In this document: positions 38,513 to 51,694 of the stretch, piece by piece
Layout: each line of letters opens with the position of its first letter
Numbering within the stretch: the first letter of the stretch is position 1
DNA from: Octopus bimaculoides
Taxonomy: Eukaryota
Length of the DNA: 64,000 bases
Assembly (NCBI RefSeq): GCF_001194135.2
Contig: NC_068997.1
Location: forward strand, 9,768,077 to 9,832,076
Direction of reading: 5' to 3'
Notes under the pieces: model-generated
What the model was told of the DNA's origin: nothing
Seen by the model: only the letters and a program-made list of their open reading frames with translations
Database searches by the model: none
Program-made: the position numbers and the translations under genes

Positions 38513-39100
38513 CATTGATACATATAGATAGATAGAAAGATAGATAGAGTATAACAAGGAGGATTAATATAATATCTTACACTTGATGGGTCTAGCTTCA
38601 GCCATGGCTTTTGTTATTGTTGTATCGTATAAGCAGAGATCTGAAGTAATATAAAATAAAATAAAATTTTAAAAAACCCAAAAGAACCAAACAATATATA
38701 TATATTTTCTGAAATCATTAAATTCTGTGTATATGTAATTAATTGATGTATTCTTCATTGTCATAGCAGTCATTGTCACCATCCTCGTAATTAAACATCG
38801 TTATCATCAAACATCGTTATCGTTGAACATCACTAATTGCTACAATTCAACGTACAGCTTTACCAATCTCATCAGTTTATAATGGCTTTGCAATTCATAG
38901 TTAAAGCACAAAAACTCGGACACTCTATACTACACCTGGTTTGGTACTCTCTCTCTCCCCACCTCTCTCCGTCTCCACCCCACCCTTCTCCCTTCTAATT
39001 TGAAATTTACATGAATGTATATATTGATTTTAGTGCTTCAAGTACTTTTACCCTTCTTGCTTTTGACCAACTTTGCAATTAAAAAAATATACTTCGTCAC

Positions 39101-39132
<32 letters not shown>

Positions 39133-39943
39133 CCACAACCACCACCACTGTTTTATCATCACTATCATCATCATCGTCACCACTGCAGTAACAGTTTTTG
39201 TGATATTTTTGCTGCTTTTCAATAAAGCATATTACTCTACCTCTGGTATTCGAGTACTAATTTTTCCACCTCGTTCCACATTTATGTGCTTACTCTGGTA
39301 TATACATACATACANNNNNNNNNNNNNNNNNNNNNNNNNNNNNNNNNNNNNNNNNNNNNNNNNNNNNNNNNNNNNNNNNNNNNNNNNNNNNNNNNNNNNN
39401 NNNNNNNNNNNNNNNNNNNNNNNNNNNNNNNNNNNNNNNNNNNNNNNNNNNNNNNNNNNNNNNNNNNNNNNNNNNNNNNNNNNNNNNNNNNNNNNNNNNN
39501 NNNNNNNNNNNNNNNNNNNNNNNNNNNNNNNNNNNNNNNNNNNNNNNNNNNNNNNNNNNNNNNNNNNNNNNNNNNNNNNNNNNNNNNNNNNNNNNNNNNN
39601 NNNNNNNNNNNNNNNNNNNNNNNNNNNNNNNNNNNNNNNNNNNNNNNNNNNNNNNNNNNNNNNNNNNNNNNNNNNNNNNNNNNNNNNNNNNNNNNNNNNN
39701 NNNNNNNNNNNNNNNNNNNNNNNNNNNNNNNNNNNNNNNNNNNNNNNNNNNNNNNNNNNNNNNNNNNNNNNNNNNNNNNNNNNNNNNNNNNNNNNNNNNN
39801 NNNNNNNNNNNNNNNNNNNNNNNNNNNNNNNNNNNNNNNNNNNNNNNNNNNNNNNNNNNNNNNNNNNNNNNNNNNNNNNNNNNNNNNNNNNNNNNNNNNN
39901 NNNNNNNNNNNNNNNNNNNNNNNNNNNNNNNNNNNNNNNNNNN

Positions 39944-39986
<43 letters not shown>

Positions 39987-40264
39987 ACATGTGTGTGTGT
40001 CTACATATGTATGTGTTTATGTATGTGTATATTGGTAGAAAAACGTATGTGCATCAGTGTGAAAATTGCTGATAAACTGGAGCATTATTAATTAAAAGAC
40101 AAAATTGAAAACAATTCTATCTTTCTCTGTTCAAGTTGCACAGGAATTCCTTTGTGAGTTTCGCTATCGGAAATGCAATGAACTCATGATTGACTTGCTG
40201 GAAATGGACAGCCAACAATACTTTTGTTCTTGAAATGTATGGTGTGTGTGTGTGTGTGTGTGTA

Positions 40265-40504
40265 CGAGGGTGTGCTCAAACAGTTTATTTCTATGTTGTA
40301 TGAGGTGGGGTGCTGGAAAGTTCCTGGCTTTAAGGGTATCGTGAAAGGCCTGGTTGGAGGCCCAACTGTCCGCGTTCTTTTATAGGGCTTAGAAAAACCG
40401 AACGACCTCTGCAATAAGTGTGTGAATCTGAGAGGGGAATATGTTGAACAAAATCATAATTAACTAATCCTCCTGTATTTTCTTTTACCAAAAGCCAGGA
40501 ACTT
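40265..40504 (+). mobile_element. mariner-derived MITE remnants
   Basis: TA|CGAGGG and TA|TGAGG..GGTGCTGGAAAGTTCCTGGCTTT left ends; AAAGCCAGGAACTT right end; LEK..DLCNKCVNLRGEYVE* resembles a mariner C-terminus. Confidence 0.7.
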
Positions 40505-40713
40505 TGGCTGAGGTCGACTTTGCCTTTCATTCTTTTGGGGTCGATAAATTAAGTACCAGTTGTGTACTGGTGTTGATCTAATTGACTGCCCCCCCCTTCC
40601 CCCAAAAGTTTCGAGCCTTGTGCCTAGAGCAGAAAAGATCATCATCATCATCATCATTATTATTTATTGTCTTTACACAGCTGTTTCCTCCCAGTGAACT
40701 AAGATAACACCCC

Positions 40714-41005
40714 TTATTTATTGAGCACCTTCGGGTGTATTTCAGTGGTTCCAAGCAGTGCTGTTTTCTGCAAGGGCTCCACCCTTATTGCCACTCCAAT
40801 TTGTTCCATGTAATTCTCAAGACTTTTACTCACTGTTCCCACAGCTCCAACAGCTCCAACAATTAGTGGTACTACTACTACCTTTGTCAGTGACCACAAC
40901 TGCTTAACCTCCCAAGCTAACCTGTCATATCTCTCGACTTTTCTTTCTTCCTAATCGCATACCTTCTTGTCAGCTGGGCATGCTATATCTATGATCTGGC
41001 ATCAT
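40714..41005 (-). mobile_element. R4/Dong-like non-LTR retrotransposon, REL endonuclease C-terminus
   Basis: CQIIDIACPADKKV..ERKVERYDRLAWEVKQLWSLTKVVVVPLIVGA..TVSKSLENYMEQIGVAIRVEPLQKTALLGT. Confidence 0.8.
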
Positions 41006-41041
41006 CTGCTTTCTTTCTCAATTAACACTCTCTCTTTTACT

Positions 41042-41450
41042 CGTTTACTTGTTTCAGTCATTTGACTGCGGCCATGCTGGAGCACCACCTTTGGTCGAAC
41101 AACTCGACCCCAGGACTTATTCTTTGTAAGCCTAGTACTTATTCTATCGGTCTCTTTTTGCCGAACCGCTAAGTTACAGGGACGTAAACACACCAGCATC
41201 GGTTGTCAAGCGATGTTGTGGGGACAAACACAGACACACAAACACACATACATTTATATATATATATACATATATATACATATATATGATGGGCTTCTTT
41301 CAGTTTCCGTCTACCAAATCTGCTCACAAGGCTTTGGTCGGCCCGAGGCTATAGTAGAAGATACTTGCCCAAGGTGCCATGCAGTGGGACTGAACCCCGG
41401 AACCATGTGTTTGGTAAGCGAGCTACTTACTACACAGCCACTCCTGCACC
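41042..41450 (-). mobile_element. SINE family C, full length, young
   Basis: Complete head-to-tail with internal (AT)n/(GT)n and retained CpGs. Confidence 0.85.
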
Positions 41451-41589
41451 TATGTCTGGTTTCCTATTCTCTTTCTCATGGTCGCAGTGGATCATAAACT
41501 CCCACAGGATCTTTGCATTATCATTTTCAATTATGCCTTTGGGTTTATGTTTGTACCACTGTTTTTCTCTGTCAAGTCCATGCTTGTTG

Positions 41590-41626
<37 letters not shown>

Positions 41627-43042
41627 GTCGTCGTCGTCATCATCATCATCATTCTGTTTGTATGACACGCAGAAATGTACACACTCATTGTAAATCAACA
41701 CTGCCATCCTACAACCACATTCGTTGGCAAACTTAGCGATTCTTTTATTTTTGAATATAATTAGCTTCAAGCTAAAACCTCAAACTGAAAAAAGCCAGGC
41801 CTTCTGCACCTGGTGCTTTGACGCCTACCATATTAACCATCAATTATTTTGAAAGTTTCATGTGTTTGCATATCATCTCAACTGTTTAGCATAATTGACA
41901 GTTTCCGACTACCTTCTCCTCATCTTCTCTCTGTTCTTCTTCACCTTTTCTTTCTCTTCTTTCCCCATCTCTCATGTTCTAGGTGTTTGCGTGATTTTCA
42001 ATCTGGTGACCCAGCTCAAATTTTTTTTTTTTTTTTACCTTCTTTGTTTTTCAATTAAATCTGAGTCACTTATTAGGGTCGTATCTTTCATCTGTTACTT
42101 GTTGTTGCAGTCATTGGATTGCGGCTATGCTAGAGCACTGTCTTAATGGGTTTAGTGTTTTTTTAATTTATTTATTTTTTTTTGTTTTGATGGTTTGGTA
42201 TTTTGTTCTATCATTTTCTTTTTGCTGAATTGTTGAGTTACGGGGAACATAACCGAACCAACTCCAGTTGACAAACACAAACACCAAAAAAACAAACAGA
42301 ACAAGATGCACACACTTACATACAGACACATACACACATGCACAAAGACACACACATGCACACACACACATGATGGGCTTCTTTCAATTTCCGTCTACCA
42401 AATCCACTCACGAGGTTTTTGTTGGCCTGAGGCTAAAGTAGAAGACTTTTGCCCAAGGTGCGACACAGTGGTACTGAACCTGGAACCATGTGGTTGGTAA
42501 GCAAGCTACTTACCACTCAGCCACTCCTGCACCAACCGTGTCTGTTTTTTTTTTAATTTTAATTTTGTTTGTTCTATGGTATGAGCTATATCAGGTGGAT
42601 AGCAATATGTGTTTATTGAAATATAATATGACCGTACAGACAGTAAAGCAGATATGGATATAGGGAGAGGACAAAGCTGGATTAGGGGACATCTGCAGGC
42701 AAATAATCTCATCAAGTTTCAGACATTTTAGCCAAACAGGTTCAACAATAGAGAACACGAATGTCTGAGAATCTATGTTGGTGCATAGATCTGGTGACAC
42801 AGTCGCAAAGTCTCATGGCAGCCGGGGAAAATAAATGATAAACAAAGAAGGTAGTGGTGGTGGTGCTGTTGAGGTATGTGATAGCTGTGGTGGTAGTGGT
42901 GGTTTTGGTGTGAGTGGTGTTGTTCGTGAAGGTGATGTTGGCAGTGGGGGAGTGTTAGTTGTGGTGATGGTGGTGGGGATACTGATGGTGAGGATGATCA
43001 TGATAAATGCAATGACGAGGATGAAGGCAATAATGAATGGGT

Positions 43043-43074
<32 letters not shown>

Positions 43075-43189
43075 GTGATGATGACAAATGATGAATCTAG
43101 TGATGATGGTGAGGCCACGTTTCCCACTTTGTTGAACTTGTGATCATCATTATCATCATTATCATCATCATCATCATCATCATCATTAT

Positions 43190-43650
43190 CATCATCATGA
43201 TCATTTAACATCCGCCTTCCATGCTGGCATGGGTTGGATGGTTTGACTGGATCTGGCCAGGCAGGAGCTCGTGCCAGACTTCTGTGTCTGTTTTGGCATG
43301 GATTTTACAGCTGGATGCCCTCCCTAACACCAACCGCCCAGCAGGGTGGGCATCAGAGAGAATTAACATTGAGCCAATCACCTCAACCCATTGCTTTTAA
43401 AAACAAATTCAAATTCCTTCTATATTGGTTTCTAGTTTTGGCCCAAGGCCAGCAATTTCGGGATGATGGTGGTGGTGGTGGTGGGGTTTAAGTCGATTAC
43501 ATCAACCCAAGTGTTCAACTGGTACTTGTTTTATTGACCCTGAAAGGAATGAAAGGCAAAGTTGACCCCAGTAGAATTTGAACTCAGGACGTAAAGACAG
43601 ACAAAATGCTACCAAGCCTTCTCTCCAGAGTGCTAACGATTCTACCAACT
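43190..43650 (-). mobile_element. family A tail followed by SINE family D
   Basis: catccgccttccatgctggcatgggttggatgg..; ..aaaggaatgaaaggcaaagttgacc..gaatttgaactcag. Confidence 0.7.
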
Positions 43651-43715
43651 TGTTGCCTTAATTTCTTTCTGTATTGCAAAAGACTTACAGTGCTAGAAGA
43701 TTTTGGAACTTCCGT

Positions 43716-44225
43716 GTTTCTTCTTCTTGTTCTTGTTCTTCTTCTTCTCCGCTCTTGTTGTTGTTGTTGTTCTTCTTCTTCTTCTTCTTCTTCTTCTTCT
43801 TCTTCTTCTTCTTCTTCTTCTCCTCCGCTCTTTTTCTTCTTCTTCTTCTTCTTCTTCTTCTTCTTCTTCTTCCGTCTTCTTCTTCTTCTTCTTCTTCTCT
43901 CTTCTTGTTCTTCGCTCTTGTTGTTGTTGTTGTTGTTGCTCTTCTTCTTGTTCTTTTTCTTCTTCTTGTTGTTGTTGTTCTTCTTCTTCTCCTCCGCTCT
44001 TCTTCTGTCTTCTTCTTCTTCTTCTTCTTCTGTCTTCTTCTTCTTCTGTCTTCTTCTTCTTCTGTCTTCTTCTTCTTCTGTCTTCTTCTGTCTTCTTCTT
44101 CTTCTTCTGTCTTCTTCTTCCGTCTTGTTCTTCTTCCGCCTTCTTCTTCTCCGCTCTTCTTCTCTCTTCTTGTTCTTCGCTCTTGTTGTTGTTGTTCTTC
44201 TTCTTCTCCTTCTTCCCTCCTCTTC
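43716..44225. repeat. compound (TTC)n/(TTG)n polypyrimidine tract
   Basis: ~510 nt almost free of A on the + strand. Confidence 0.95.
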
Positions 44226-44730
44226 CTCCCACCTCCCTCCACATACTCCCACCTCGTTTCGCCCCCCACCCCACCCATCCTTACCGTTATAAATCCTAAT
44301 CTAAAATGGCTACCACCTTCACTGTTTGCACAGCTGTTTGTTAATATTATATTAAAATAAATTCCAAATATTACAATTACACAAGTTAACACTTTCTTCA
44401 ATTCATTCACACAAAACACTCTTTGCTTACTTTGGTCTCTCGGCACCGATTCAATTGTCTTAGATCTCTCTTTCTGCCTTTCTTCCTCTCTCTTACTCCC
44501 TATCTGTCTTACCCTTTTTCCTTCTCTCTCTCACTCTCTCCGTCTTTTTCTCTACGCCTTACCCCACTCCCCTCTCTCTGTTGTCATGGAACTGGTACTC
44601 AGCTCATTCCCATTACACGTTTCTTTGCAAACAAAAATTCCAAGAACGGTTAAGTCAACAATTCTTATTATCTTCAAATCATTCTGGCAGAAGCAGATGA
44701 ATTCATGAAATAAACATGTTTCAACAATTA

Positions 44731-44771
<41 letters not shown>

Positions 44772-45332
44772 CATCATTATTATTCTTATTATTATCATTA
44801 TTATTATTATTATTATTGTTATTATTATTATTATTGCTGATGTTTTTTTTCTTTTTCGTTTTTTTTTTCAAAGTGAATTCCAAAGATTTTAGAATATATT
44901 TTCTTAAAGGAAGGATATTATTCTTAAACAGTTAGGGCAGTGATAATTGTTGTTGCTGTTGTTGTTGTGTTTGTTGTTGTAGTTGTTGTTGTGTAACTCT
45001 GGTTCACCTTATCTCGCCTCTAATTAAAAAAAAAAACACACCTGACACACCTTTGGCTCATCTTTGGTACGCTCTTCCCTCTCCGCTCTCACGCTACATC
45101 TATCCTTTGTCTCTTACTTGTTTCAGCCAAAGAAGTGTGGCAATGCTGGGGCACCACCTTGAAAAGTTTTTAGTCAAATAAATACACCTCAGTCTTTCTC
45201 TTTTTTTTCTGAAAAGTCTTGTGTTAAGTTATGGGGATATAAACAAACCAACACAGGTTGTCAAGTAGGTAGGTGTCAGGGGTGGGGAAGTTAAACACAA
45301 AGACTCACACACAAATACATATATATATATGT

Positions 45333-45376
<44 letters not shown>

Positions 45377-45414
45377 GTAAAGGTGTTTAATGGCATAAAG
45401 TGCTTAATGGCATA

Positions 45415-45880
45415 AGGGATGCAAGGGAAGGTTGGACAGGACCACCTGCACCAACCTCATAAATAGCACAGTTCTACCTTCAATGTTATATGGTAGTGAA
45501 ACATGGGCTACAACAAAGAGAGAAGAGCAGAGATTGGTAACGGCTCAAAGAGCCATGGAGAGGTCAATGCTTAGAATCTCGTTGAGGGAACACATCAGTA
45601 GCGAGGCCAACAGACAGAAATCCGGCATGAGGGATGTCATTGTAGAATATACACGCAGCAAGTTTAGATGGGCTGGACACGTCACCCGGCTCACCGATAA
45701 TCGATGGACCCGTGCAGTTGTTGAGTGGTACCCATGCGAGCTGAAATGACTACTCGGAAGGCCCCTACGATGGTGGAGTTATGATTTTAAGAGGGCGATT
45801 GGGACCACGTGGATGAGGAAGGCGTGATCCAGAGAGGAGTGGACAGCGTGCTGTGACCAGCAGTGTCAAACGCCTTTTTT
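45415..45880 (+). mobile_element. RTE-1-like LINE 3' fragment
   Basis: VLPSMLYGSETWATTKREEQRLVTAQRAMERSMLRISLREHI..FRWAGHVTRLTDNRWTRAVVEWYPCELK*LLGRP..RW. Confidence 0.85.
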
Positions 45881-45939
45881 TTTAAAGCCTGCCTCAGGTC
45901 AGTCTTAATCCTGTACACCTATTTATAATCCTCTCTACT

Positions 45940-46362
45940 ATAAGCACAAGGCCTGAAATTTTGAGAAAGGGGACTATTCGATTACATTGACCCCCGGTGT
46001 TTCACTGGTACTTAATTTATCGACCCTGAAAGGACGACAGGCAAAGTTGACCTTGGTGGCATTTGAACTCAGAATGTAATGGAGGACAAAATGACACTAA
46101 CCATTGTTCCAACTTGAAAATAATGGTTTCAAATTTCAGCATGAGGCCAGCTATTTGAGGGGAGGGGGAATTCAATTACATTAATCCCAGTGCTAAACTG
46201 ATACTTATCTTATTGATCCTGCAAAGATGAAAGGCAAAGTTGATCTTGGCAGAATTCGAACTTAGGACCTTGGTGGAATTTGAACTCAGAACATAGCGGC
46301 AGACAAAACACCACAAGGCATTTTGCCTGGTATGCTAATGATTCTGCCAGTTCACCGCCTTA
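45940..46362 (-). mobile_element. cluster of nested/tandem SINE family D pieces
   Basis: The aggcaaagttga..tttgaactcag motif occurs repeatedly. Confidence 0.7.
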
Positions 46363-46959
46363 CACCTATTTATAATGGAAAGCATTTTTGCCATGACCAA
46401 ATATCAGGAAATATATTGTCAAATGGGTCTTTGTTCAGTATTTTTAAGGGCATCCATCCGTCCATCCATCCATTTTTGTTGCCCTACTGTTCCATCTGAA
46501 ATGTTAATGTCCAGTTTATTTCACTGTTAGTGGTTAGTGTCCTGCTTCGGGACAACCAGGCTCCTGTTGTAGATTTGAACTCCTGTTGTAGATTTGAACT
46601 CCTGTTCAATGAGAAGTGACTTTAGTGTCATACTCATTCGGCTATTTTTGCTCCTACGAACAAAGCTGGTCAGAGATAAATGTATGTCAAAATGATAGGA
46701 GTGGAGAAAGAGAGAGGGGGGAGAGAGAGAGTGAGGGGAGAGAAATAGAGACGTTTGAGAGAGAGAGAGAAAAATAGACATTTGAGAGAGGGGGAGAGAG
46801 AGATGTTTGTCAAAATATTGTTTTCCTTCTGTCCTGTTTCTATTTATTTCTTTCATTGTCATTTTGTCTTCTTTCTTACTTTTGATCATCATCATCTCCT
46901 TCTCGTTCTTCTTTTCTCTCTTTCTCTCTCTCTCTTCCCTCCTTTAACTTGCTTTTCGC

Positions 46960-47444
46960 TCTTACCCTTCATCAATTCATCCAGTTGCCCGTTCATCCTT
47001 GTATCTACCTCTCTGATCCTCTCATTTCTTGCTCAATCCATCCATCTACCTATTAATTTTATATCTACTGCTCCTATCCTTTCCACCTTCACGCCATCCA
47101 TTTATCATCTCCAATCCATCCATTTGTTTACTCATCCTTCTAAGCTATCATCCTCGTCTTTTCAACTTTCACTCCATCCATTCATTGATCCATCCATTCA
47201 CCTATTCAACCTTCTATCTATCACTCACTTCCTTTCAACTCTTAATCCATCCATCTGTCCGTCCATCCATCCATCCATGTATTCACCTGCTCATCTTTCT
47301 ATCTATCACAACCATCCATTCATCTCTCACTTCATCCATAATTCCATCCATCTATTCACCCTTTCATTCTTCAATCTATCCACAATCCCCATCTGCTCTT
47401 CTCTCCGTCAGTGTTCTATCAGGGCTCTGTGTGTGTATGTGTGT

Positions 47445-47491
<47 letters not shown>

Positions 47492-48240
47492 TGCATACCC
47501 ATGTTTATTTTTAGGAAAGGAAAGGGGGGGAAAAAAAGATGTGTGCACATGAGGATCTCAAGATCAAATTGGATTTTTTTTTTTAATTGAAAGAAATTTG
47601 AGTAATGGTTACTTGCATAGATGCGCACATACTTTGCAAAGAAAGATAAAATGTGCGCACAATGCAAATATCTCTGCACATGCACAGCAAAAACTTAGAG
47701 GAAACATTTGCTCTCCATCCATTCACCTCTTCACCCTTTCTATGCAGTGATCCAACCAAACACTCCTTCATCTTGTCACCTCCCCACACACACACATGCT
47801 CTTCCATCTACCCATCCTTCTGTACAGCCATCATGCCATCTATCCCTCTCCCCTTTCTCCCTCTCTATATCCCTCCAGTCCTTCATCTTTCCATACATTC
47901 ATCTATTCCTTCATCTCTATACATCCCTCAATGCCTTTATCCCTCTTTGCATCCATCCATCCAGCCAGCCATCCATCCCTTCTAAAAACTTCTCTCCATT
48001 CTTACATTCCCCTATACGTCCAACCTTCCATATATCCTTCTACACACCCCTTCATTTATTCCTCTATACATTCCTCCCTCCCTCCCTCCATCTATCCTGT
48101 TTATCCACCCTTGTACATCCATTCAACCATCCTTTCATCCTTTTAAACGTACCTTCATCTCTCCATCTTTCTGGATTCCATCCCTCAATACATCTGTTCA
48201 GCCAATTGTCCATCTCTCAATACATTCCTCTAACCAACCC
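46960..48240. repeat. degenerate (CCAT)n-like pyrimidine-rich low-complexity region
   Basis: catcc/tccat motifs throughout; strong C+T bias on +; interrupted by (GT)n at ~47426-47490. Confidence 0.7.
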
Positions 48241-48485
48241 TATGTATTTCTTTGGCATAAACATAGATGTAAGGTTGTCTTCCAACACTTACCTCAGTTC
48301 TAAATATCTTACAGACAGTCCCATAAGCTTTATTTCATTGGATGGGGAGTATTTCTCTCCACATGTCAGATAAGGCCTCTTCCAGTTGCTGCTCTAAGGG
48401 AAACTGAGAGTACCTCAGATATATTTTGTTTTCCACATAAATACACCTCTCCCTCTTTGTTAATTCGTAGCTGTGTTCATTAGAT

Positions 48486-48782
48486 TAGGGGTTTTCAAAC
48501 TGTGGTCTGCGGACCACAGGGGGTCCGCAAGGACAAGATAGGGGGTCCGTGGACAGCAAGTACTTTTTATGGGCAATTTGATTTTGTATATGTTTTTTAA
48601 TCGAAATATTTTAATTGACAATAAACCTATTTGTTAAATACTGTTAAATAAATAAATGTAAAAATATATGTTATTTTAAGCAAATATTTATGTATAAATT
48701 TCATAAGCATTTATAAGGGGGTCCCTAAGGTAAAGCCTGAAATATAAAGGGGTCCGCAAGTCAAAAAGTTTGAAAACCCCTG
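48486..48782. mobile_element. second copy of the hAT MITE
   Basis: Same TIRs and body as 23992-24310; TSD CATTAGAT / CATTAGAC. Confidence 0.9.
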
Positions 48783-48984
48783 CATTAGACAATTCTACCT
48801 GACTGCTTGTTTTTGCATAAGTTTGGTCATGTCTAGTTTCTCCATTGGACTAGCGATGCCAACAAAACAGAAATATTTCTGTTCACATGTTTATCTCGTG
48901 TGTGGGTATGCATGCAAATGTTCTTGTTATAACTAATGATTTGGTTTATATGCTGCATTTCAGTTTTAGTAATGTCTAAAGGGT

Positions 48985-49292
48985 TTTAGTCAAAGAAATC
49001 AACCCCGGGACTTAGTCTTTGTAGGCCTAGTACTTATTCTATCAGTCGCTTTTGCTGAACTTCTAAGTTACAGAGATGTAAACACGCCAATACTGGTTGT
49101 CAATCAATGGTGGGTGGACAAACATACACACACACATGACAGGCTTCTCTCAGTTTCCGTCTACCAAATCCACTCACGAGGCTTTGGTTGGCCCAGGGCT
49201 ATAGTAGAAGACACTTGCCCAAGGTGTCATGCAGTGGGACTGAACCCAGAACCATGTGGTTGGGAAGCCAGCTTCTTACCACACAGCCACAC
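48985..49292 (-). mobile_element. SINE family C
   Basis: Matches 41042-41450. Confidence 0.75.
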
Positions 49293-49555
49293 AACATCCT
49301 AAGTGTTACAGAGAATGGTAACGTTTATTGAATAGGAGCCATATTGAAATGAGGGGAGATAAATCTTGTTGAACACTGATTAATGAAGCTAAGTAAGAGA
49401 AAGAGCTGCAAATTAAAATTAAAATGAGAGATTTATTATTGTTTTAATGAGCTGTCATGCAAATTCTGCATAAATTAAATTTAGAAATAGGTGATATAGT
49501 TAAGTGGAGGTGGGGTATGGGAGAGGGATAGGCTGATCTTATAACAGGTGTAGTG

Positions 49556-49680
49556 TCAAATCAAGATAGAGTGTGTAAGAGTCATAGGAAGTGGTAGAGT
49601 ATGTAAGAGTCACAGAGATAGAGTATGTAAGAGTCACAGAGAGTGATAGAGTATGTAAGAGTCACAGAGAGTATGTGTAG
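49556..49680. repeat. short minisatellite GAGTATGTAAGAGTCACAGAGA(TA)
   Basis: About 5 units of 24-28 nt. Confidence 0.8.
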
Positions 49681-51294
49681 GTAAATTACGAGTCAGTGAT
49701 GAGTTGTTTTATGGGATCTAATTTTGGACATCCAGTCTCTGGGTGGTACGCATAAAAGTAGTCAAAGTTAGTTGCTTGATCTGCTAGAAATAGCGACCAA
49801 ATCTTTGTCGAATCACATTGTATGGTCTTAAAAATAAGACTGGACATAATATGATCCTAAGGTGCACTATATTTCAGGGGGAAAAATAAAATGTGATGCT
49901 GATGACTGGGATACTTCTGATTATAGGACCACCTGATCATGGCTGACCTGGGATTAAACAACAACTACAACAACAGCAACAAGTGGCTTTGTGACCTGTG
50001 AATAGAAATCAATATTCTGTCATAATAATGTGACAATCGGTAAAGTGGTTGGCTTCAGTCCAAGACAATCCAAGAGATTGTATTTTCCATTGGCTTCTCG
50101 TGATAGCTATAAATCAATCAATCTCTCTCTTTTACTCTCTTGCTCCCTCCACCTTCTCCCCCCCCCCCTCTCTCATTGTCTCATCTGTAATCAATATGTC
50201 ATTCTTATCCATTATCAATCACAATATCTGAAATTATTTAATTTATTTTTTTACTTCTTATATCTGAGCCATCAATTTAGACCATTGATGCAACTCTCTG
50301 GTGAGACATTTCATAAACTGATAGAGCACGTCTCCCTCATTCCACGTGTTTTTCTCTATCACACTCTCTCACTCGCATCCTCTCCATCTTTCTCTCTATG
50401 AGTACTTTGTATAATTCTTTGCTAAGTACATTACATTGTCTATAATAGGATACAAACTCACTATATACTATTGTTGTTGCTTAATTTTCTAAACTAATTG
50501 AGACAAAAACTCAACAAAAAGCAAACATGGTGATGAAATGACCAAATTGATAAAGTATTGTGTTATCTGTTCATAGGTTCTGAGTTCAAACCAGCTGGAA
50601 CCATTTTATTGTGTTTCTGGGTAGAACATCTCCTCTTTCATTGCTGTAGTCCATCTAAAGATGAAATCATCTGTGTGAATAAATATCAGATCATTCATGG
50701 GAATATGTATCAGATCATCTGAGGTCTGTGGTACCCTGGCATGCTATCCAGAAGCAGATTTCCCTTTCACTGTCTTGATACAATGAAACCAGAGCTGAGC
50801 ACTGAGCCTTGTAAGCTCATCTGTGGTTTATTACGATATTTCACAAACATAGTTTTCAAAAGTTTAGAACACTATAATTAAGTTACAGTTTTCTGGGTCG
50901 TCTGAATCACCAATCAATCATGCTACAGCTATGATGCTTGTAGGAATCTATATATGATCTGCTATAGTATTGTCTGTTAAATCATTCAAACTAATCCACT
51001 TTTGTTTGGTTATTCAGAACCATTTTAGTTTTCAAATTGAGCTATAGCTGTCTGGCTAGTTCAAATCTTCAGAATGCTCCAAATTCTGGATTATTTTTCC
51101 ATTTTTTTTTTTACTTAATTTTTAAGAGCAGCTAGGTTCATTTTTGGTATTCTCGTTTGTGAGAGCAGTTGAGTTTATTTCAGATATTCTCATTTTAAAA
51201 ATCATCTCTGGCTAATCATTGAGAGGACATTGGTGTTGCCTTGGTGGAGGTTTGCGCTCTCTGAGTGCTCTTGTTATTATTGTTATTTGATGAA

Positions 51295-51500
51295 AACTCT
51301 CAGCTTATTTTGCTGGGTATGATGGAAAGTGCCAACTGCCCACAGCCAGCTACGAAAGGTGACACTTGTTTACTAATCATTGCTTCAAGAATCAAGTGAC
51401 GAATTCTTGCAGTTCCAAGCAATGCTGATTTTTGTAGGTGTTCTATCTTTACATTTGTATCAATCTTTTTAAGCCATCTTACTTCCAAGTGCGCCAATTA
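51295..51500 (-). mobile_element. R4/Dong-like C-terminal fragment
   Basis: WLKKIDTNVKIEHLQKSALLGTARI. Confidence 0.7.
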
Positions 51501-51694
51501 CTATTGGTATCATGTCTACTCCCCTCATTGACCACAATCTTCATATTTCCCACTTCAAATCGTCGTAGTTGCTGTTGTTGTTGTTGTCGTCGTCGTAGTC
51601 TTCTTCTTCTTCTTCTTCTCCTTCTCCTCCAGTTTTGTTGTAACTCCTGGAGTCTTGCATGCATAGGTGTTTGCTGCCTGCAGCCCATGGCACC

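Noticed and set aside
40135-40232. AQEFLCEFRYRKCNE as Merlin/IS1595-like transposase tail
   Set aside because: Too short to call; no termini found.
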